This document shows positions 47,375 through 52,815 of a DNA stretch of 52,815 nucleotides, one piece after another. Within the stretch, counting starts at the first letter, position 1. Each line of letters begins with the position of its first letter. The translations under genes and the position numbers were made by a program. The notes beneath the pieces are model-generated. The model made no database searches. It worked only from the letters and a program-made list of their open reading frames with translations, and was not told where the DNA came from. The DNA is from Candidatus Uhrbacteria bacterium (lineage in GTDB: Bacteria; Patescibacteriota; Patescibacteriia; UBA9934; GWF2-40-263), in assembly GCA_013204385.1 (NCBI GenBank), contig JABMNY010000029.1, positions 1 through 52,815 on the forward strand, written 5' to 3'.

Positions 47375-47398
47375 TCCGATCGGATCAGTTGTGTGTTT
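47361..47398. repeat. 38-bp perfect palindrome containing the same 16-bp core
   Basis: aaacacacaac-TGATCCGATCGGATCA-gttgtgtgttt, overlapping the stop codon. Confidence 0.8.
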
Positions 47399-47453
47399 AA
47401 GGAAAAACGAAATATTTTGGACAGATATATTTATTCCGTGTGTTCATGCTTTT

Positions 47454-48128
47454 CTATTTCCCATACCTTCTCTGTCTCCCTTCAAAATCCTCAAGACATT
47501 CTTCTAAGTCCTCCACAGAGAACGCGGGCCAATGCTGATCGACAAACATGAGTTCACTATAGACTCCACTCCAGGTTAGAAATCCAGACAAGCGCTGCTC
47601 ACCGCTCGTGCGCACAATCATGTCAGGCTCGGGAATTCCATTCGTCCAAAGCGCTCCGCTCACCAACTCCTCATCTATCTCCTCAACCGTCTTTCCCTGA
47701 GCGATAAGTTTCTTGATCCCGTCTACAATTTCAGCTCGCCCTCCGTAATTGATACAGAGATTTATCTGCCCGCGAGTCCCAAGAGCTGTTTTTGTTTCTG
47801 CCTCGTCGATCGCACACTGAATCTTGTCGCTCAATCCCTCGCGCCGTCCAACGACTTTTAGCCGAACATCGTGTTCCAGAAAAAAATCTAATTCTTTTGT
47901 GAGCGCAAGAAACAACAACTCCATGAGATAACCCACCTCTTCTTGTGAGCGTTTCCAATTCTCCGTTGAAAATGCAAAGACAGAAAAATGCTCTACTCCA
48001 CGGTCAAGCGCCGCGAGCCCAATGGTTTTTACGTTCTCATATCCCTTACGGTGCCCCTCAAGTGAGGGAAGCTTCCGTTCTTTCGCCCAACGCCGATTTC
48101 CATCCAGAATGATTGCAAGATGTTTCAT
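47454..48128 (-). CDS. uppS: Undecaprenyl diphosphate synthase
   Basis: HLAIILDGNRRWA, FSTENWKR, NYGGR, RTSGEQRLSGF. Confidence 0.96.
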   Translation of the reverse strand: MKHLAIILDGNRRWAKERKLPSLEGHRKGYENVKTIGLAALDRGVEHFSVFAFSTENWKRSQEEVGYLMELLFLALTKELDFFLEHDVRLKVVGRREGLSDKIQCAIDEAETKTALGTRGQINLCINYGGRAEIVDGIKKLIAQGKTVEEIDEELVSGALWTNGIPEPDMIVRTSGEQRLSGFLTWSGVYSELMFVDQHWPAFSVEDLEECLEDFEGRQRRYGK

Positions 48129-48508
48129 AGATACCGAGTGTAAACATATACACCTCCCAATATCAACACCCAAGCCACTCCAAGAAGATCCAATCGACGC
48201 ATCCTTTCTGTAAACTCCTCCCAATCTGTCCATCCACCGTATTTCCAACTAAGTCTTCGTCCAAAGAACAAGCCAACAAAGAGGACAACAAATCCCACAA
48301 CAGGTAGTAGGGAAATAAGAAACCAAAAATACAGCCTGGATCCTAACGCCCATCCTTGGGTAAATAATAGCGCTCCCAGAGCAGGACCGCGTAAGTAACG
48401 CGCTTTTAATTGATCATCAGGAACGAGCTCAAGTGTATACCCACATGAGCCACACTTCTCATTCCAATCTTCAACTTCTTTTTTGCACGAGGTACAGGTT
48501 CGATTCAT
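48125..48508 (-). CDS. Zinc-ribbon membrane protein
   Basis: CxxC...CxxC followed by TM helices. Confidence 0.75.
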   Translation of the reverse strand: MNRTCTSCKKEVEDWNEKCGSCGYTLELVPDDQLKARYLRGPALGALLFTQGWALGSRLYFWFLISLLPVVGFVVLFVGLFFGRRLSWKYGGWTDWEEFTERMRRLDLLGVAWVLILGGVYVYTRYL

Positions 48509-48552
48509 ACGACTCTAGTATAACAGCAAATGCAGGCCTTATCAGCCTGCAT

Positions 48553-49866
48553 TTATCTTACGTAATCTAATGGGTTTTGAAACTTTCCATTTCGCAACAC
48601 CTCAAAGTGAAGATGAGTTCCTGTACTACGTCCCGTTGTTCCGGTTTGTGCAAGGACCTGCCCCGCACTCACAAGATCACCTACTGATACATAGTTTTTG
48701 GAATGATGCGCATATCGCGTCATATAACCATCTCCGTGATCGATCTCAACGGAAAGTCCATATCCATTCCGCCATCCAGAATAAACAACAACCCCCTCTC
48801 GCGCAGCATAACTCGAGGTTGTGTAATCACCATCAATATCCACTCCTGTATGCTTCCACCCATAATATTGAGTGATGACATGCCAATCCGTCGGCCACAC
48901 CCATCCTCCACTCACTGCCGTGCTTGGAGCACTGATTTGTGGAGCTGTGAATAGTGTTGCGATGGATGCCGTACTTCGCGTCGTTGTGACAGGGGATGGT
49001 GGTGCTCCACCTGGCAGAATGAGCTCGTTACCAATGGCCAGTGTATCAGCACTCGACAATCCGTTCTCCTCCATGATTGTTTCCACATCCACCGAGTAGC
49101 TTCGTGCAATACTTGAAAGCGTATCTCCACTTTTTACTTTGTATGCTAGACCATCAATCGGAAGGATTGTCAGGCCCTGACCAATCTTAAGCGTGCTTGT
49201 ATAGGTTAGCCCATTTGACCAAAGAATTGTCGAGAGGCTTAAACCAAAGTTCTCTGCAATTTTTCCAAGCGTATCTCCTTCTTGAACCAGATATGTTTCT
49301 GTTTCAGATCTCGTAGCGACCACAGGTGTTGATGAGGCAGTCTCTCCCGCAAGTGGCGTAACAAACGTCTCATTAAGGTAATCGAGATCAATATGACGCC
49401 TCGCATCAACAAGCGTCCCTGCCACATAAGATGAATTTGCACCAAGTGTCACAATAGGTGTTCCGGCTTCTACCACTTCCAATACCGCAAAATCATCATC
49501 TGCCACCATTTGATACAACAGACTCTGTTGACCAAAGTTTTCTGCACGCACATCTCGTGCAGAAAGATTCACCCACGCGACCCCCACCACAATAAGCGCC
49601 ATGACGACGTGCATGGTGTAACGATTTGAGAGGATAAAAATGAAGCGATGCTTTGCAGGAAGTAAAACTTTTTGAATGTATCGCTTTGAAAAAAAGAAGA
49701 CGCGATAAAATGGAACACCAATGTAACGAACAAAAAATAAACTAATTCCTTTCAAGGGAGCGGTTAGTCTTGAAAGCCAATTTCCCCCAAACCGCTTTAA
49801 CACAATCAATCCGCGCAGAAGCCCTAGAAGAGACCGAACAATGAATTGTTTAATGGAGAGATGCAA
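48553..49866 (-). CDS. LysM-domain M23 peptidase
   Basis: Two LysM repeats (YLVQEGDTL, YKVKSGDTL), HTGVD and HLHFE. The actual start may be downstream. Confidence 0.92.
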   Translation of the reverse strand: MHLSIKQFIVRSLLGLLRGLIVLKRFGGNWLSRLTAPLKGISLFFVRYIGVPFYRVFFFSKRYIQKVLLPAKHRFIFILSNRYTMHVVMALIVVGVAWVNLSARDVRAENFGQQSLLYQMVADDDFAVLEVVEAGTPIVTLGANSSYVAGTLVDARRHIDLDYLNETFVTPLAGETASSTPVVATRSETETYLVQEGDTLGKIAENFGLSLSTILWSNGLTYTSTLKIGQGLTILPIDGLAYKVKSGDTLSSIARSYSVDVETIMEENGLSSADTLAIGNELILPGGAPPSPVTTTRSTASIATLFTAPQISAPSTAVSGGWVWPTDWHVITQYYGWKHTGVDIDGDYTTSSYAAREGVVVYSGWRNGYGLSVEIDHGDGYMTRYAHHSKNYVSVGDLVSAGQVLAQTGTTGRSTGTHLHFEVLRNGKFQNPLDYVR

Positions 49867-49924
49867 AGAAATTGCTTATTTACCCAAGAAAATATACAGA
49901 AAATAGCCCTTTTTGTCAACCAAT

Positions 49925-50296
49925 CTATTCTCCATGTGGAGTCGTTTTTCCCTCTCGTCCGTAATCATCTTCAAAGCGCTCAATATCATCTTCTCCAAAA
50001 TAGTCCCCTCGTTGTACCTCGATGAACACGAGCGGTTCATCACTAATACAAGCAACGCGGTGCTTTGATTCAAACGGAATTCTCAGAACATCTCCTGCGA
50101 TGTGCTCTGACTCAATATCATCTAATGTAAATCGGGCCCTTCCTAAAATAATCACCCAAAATTCTTCACGACGTTTATGTCGTTGATAGGAAAGTCGCTC
50201 GCCAGGATTTACGGTAATACGCTTCACTTGATGTGTCGGCATCTCCTCAAGGATGTCGTATCTCCCCCAAGGTCGGACATTTTCAGGTGTATTCAT
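49925..50296 (-). CDS. Phosphomannose isomerase type II C-terminal cupin domain protein
   Basis: RPWG, LSYQRH, IEVQRGDYFGEDDIERFEDDYGR. Confidence 0.9.
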   Translation of the reverse strand: MNTPENVRPWGRYDILEEMPTHQVKRITVNPGERLSYQRHKRREEFWVIILGRARFTLDDIESEHIAGDVLRIPFESKHRVACISDEPLVFIEVQRGDYFGEDDIERFEDDYGREGKTTPHGE

Positions 50297-50907
50297 AGAA
50301 ATGTTTTATACGTGAGTCGATGATGCAGACATGGCCCGTACTTCACGATTGCCTCTTTATGAATTTTTGTTCCATATCCTTTATGAATCTCGAATCCATA
50401 TTGAGGAAACTCTGTTGCAAGCTCTCTCATTATCCTATCACGTGTCACTTTTGCAATCACGCTTGCGGCCGCAATAGACTTCACAGTTCGATCTCCTTTT
50501 ATGATCCCGCGTTGTGGAGTTGAAATCCCTGGGATTGTCCATGCGTCTACCAGGGCGTAGTCCACATCTTCAATTTCTTCGACCGCGCGTCGCATTGCAA
50601 GCAGGTTTGCTACTCGAATATTTAGTTTTGTAATTTCTTCTACACTTGCTGTCCCGACTGCCCACGCCAGAGCTCGCTCAACAATCAGCGGATAGAGTTC
50701 TTCACGTCTGCGCTCGTTCATTAACTTACTATCCTGGATCTCTCCAATACGTGAATCTAGGGGTAAAATGACCGCTGCAGCCACAACTGGCCCTGCCAGC
50801 GCCCCACATCCAGCCTCATCTACCCCAACTATCCTTCTATAGCCTTGAGTCAATAACTCGCGCTCAATCTTAAAGGTTGGGGGTACTTTGATTGACATAA
50901 AGCTCAA
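50293..50907 (-). CDS. rnhB: Ribonuclease HII
   Basis: GVDEAGCGALAGP, DSK, KGD, IAAASVIAKVTRD, HKGYGT. Confidence 0.95.
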   Translation of the reverse strand: MSFMSIKVPPTFKIERELLTQGYRRIVGVDEAGCGALAGPVVAAAVILPLDSRIGEIQDSKLMNERRREELYPLIVERALAWAVGTASVEEITKLNIRVANLLAMRRAVEEIEDVDYALVDAWTIPGISTPQRGIIKGDRTVKSIAAASVIAKVTRDRIMRELATEFPQYGFEIHKGYGTKIHKEAIVKYGPCLHHRLTYKTFL

Positions 50908-50953
50908 ATTTTCTTAATATATCCCCGTATTTCTTTATTATCGTACGTCACTT

Positions 50954-52815
50954 ATGACCATTATACAGTACGCACTCGCAGCCGGAGTTCTCGCCATCCT
51001 TTGGGGCGCTTTTCTCACCCAGTGGATTCTTAAACGTCCTGCAGGTGAAGGAAAAATGAAAGGAATTGCTCTTGCAATTCAAGAAGGAGCAAATGCCTAC
51101 ATGGCTCGTCAATACAAGATGATTGCCGGAATCGGTGCTGTCATCTTTCTTGTTCTCGGATTCAGTCCACTTGGATGGACGCTTGCGATCGGCTTCTTAG
51201 TCGGCGCTGTTCTTTCAGGTCTTGCTGGATTCATCGGAATGTCAGTTTCCGTTCGTGCAAACGTTCGCACAACAGAAGCTGCAAAAACAGGTCTCGCAGA
51301 GGCTCTTGATGTCGCTGTAAAAGGAGGAACTGTAACCGGACTCCTCGTTGTAGGTCTTGCTCTCATTGGAGTAGCTGGATTTTATGGCGCGACCGGGGAC
51401 ATTCATGCGCTTATCGGTCTTGGCTTCGGAGGATCACTCATCTCTGTGTTCGCACGTCTTGGAGGAGGAATCTTCACAAAAGCTGCTGACGTGGGGGCTG
51501 ACCTTGTTGGAAAAACCGAAGCGGGTATTCCAGAAGACGACCCTCGCAACCCAGCCGTGATTGCAGACAACGTTGGAGATAACGTTGGAGACTGTGCAGG
51601 AATGGCTGCTGACCTTTTTGAGACCTACGCCGTCACACTTGTTGCCACCATGGTTTTGGGAAACATCTTGTCTCCTGGATCAGATGTTCTCGTCATGTAC
51701 CCACTCGCCCTTGGTTCAATCGCCATCATTGCAACCATTGTCGGAACCTTTTTTATCAAACTTGGTAAAAAGCAAAACATCATGGGAGCCTTGTATAAAG
51801 GTCTCGCGATAGCAGGAGTTCTTGCGGCGATTGGATTCTGGTTTGTCACCAATCAATTTGATTTTAGTGGAACTGACCTCAACCCAACAAATCTTCTTTG
51901 GACCAGTGTCTTAGGACTCGCCATCACTGCACTGCTTATCATGATTACCGAGTACTACACCGCAACAGAATATAAGCCTGTTCAAAAACTTGCAGAAGCT
52001 TCTGAGTCAGGACATGGAACAAATATCATTGCAGGGCTTGCGCTCTCTATGAAAGCAACGGCTCTTCCCGTTCTTACGATCGTTGCAGGAATCTTGATTG
52101 CCTACAACCTTGGAGGACTCTATGGAATTGCGATCGCTGCTGTCGCCATGCTCTCTCTTACGGGAATTGTTGTTGCAATGGATGCCTACGGTCCAATTAC
52201 GGACAATGCAGGAGGAATTGCAGAAATGGCTGAGCTTCCAGAATCTGTTCGAGCCATTACAGACCCACTCGACGCTGTTGGAAACACCACAAAAGCTGTA
52301 ACAAAAGCATACGCCATTGGCTCTGCTGGACTTGCAACTCTCGTCCTCTTTGGAGACTACATTCACACAATTGAAGCAACAGGTGCCACCATCGAATTCA
52401 ATCTTGTGGATCCAAACGTGATCGCAGGACTCTTCTTAGGAGGAATGGTTACGTATCTCTTTGGAGCGATGGCGATGGAAGCAGTTGGAAAAGCAGCAGG
52501 GGCCGTTGTTGAAGAAGTACGACGACAGTTCCGAGAGATTCCTGGCATCATGGATGGAACAGGGAAGCCTGAGTACGGACAATGTGTCGATATCGTCACC
52601 GCTCGTGCCATCAAGTACATGATCGCCCCATCACTCTTAGCCGTCCTCGCACCAATCGTCGTTGGCTTTGGTCTTGGACCTGAAGCTCTTGGTGGACTCT
52701 TAATCGGATCCATCATCACAGGACTCTTTGTCGCAATTTCTATGACCACCGGTGGTGGCGCATGGGATAACGCGAAGAAGTAGATCGAGTCTGGAAACTA
52801 CGGTGGAAAGGGAAG
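50954..52815 (+). CDS. hppA: Membrane-bound proton-translocating pyrophosphatase (K+-independent signature); in-frame TAG at 52781 and truncated by the window end
   Basis: [54 protein letters not shown]. Confidence 0.93.

Noticed and set aside
26268-52783. Genome-wide TAG reassignment, suggested by the hppA TAG and by GCC TAC AAC TGA following the TAG at 26280
   Set aside because: Several apparently complete genes end in TAG at their expected C-termini (alphaCTD protein, DUF3307, comM, uppS), so TAG functions as a stop.

Overview
This is a 52.8-kb chromosomal segment of a small-genome bacterium. Gene content and style point to Patescibacteria/CPR, possibly Uhrbacteria-like (inference only). 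Housekeeping genes (rpsT, holA, polA, xerC/D, rpsO, pnp, lspA, comM/yifB, uppS, rnhB, hppA, rmuC) are interleaved with a giant surface-protein cluster, a VapBC-type toxin-antitoxin pair and several orphan genes of differing GC content. Two parS sites and several DnaA boxes suggest the segment lies near the origin. The most striking feature is a 'Russian-doll' tRNA locus at 33119-33458. A tRNA-Arg(UCU) gene is split into three pieces by two related small insertions in opposite orientation, one in the D-loop and one in the T-loop. The D-loop insertion carries a complete second tRNA-Arg(UCU) between perfect 22-bp inverted repeats. Other notable items: a two-copy MITE family with 14-bp terminal inverted repeats and 4-bp target duplications; two high-GC stand-alone genes that share a conserved 3' double hairpin and both carry an early frameshift; two unassigned structured ncRNA candidates; a multi-alphaCTD protein; a divergent RelA/SpoT-like synthetase; a PaaX/Cas2-like gene bracketed by identical palindromes; and an in-frame TAG in a conserved hppA motif. 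All calls were made by eye; no searches were run.
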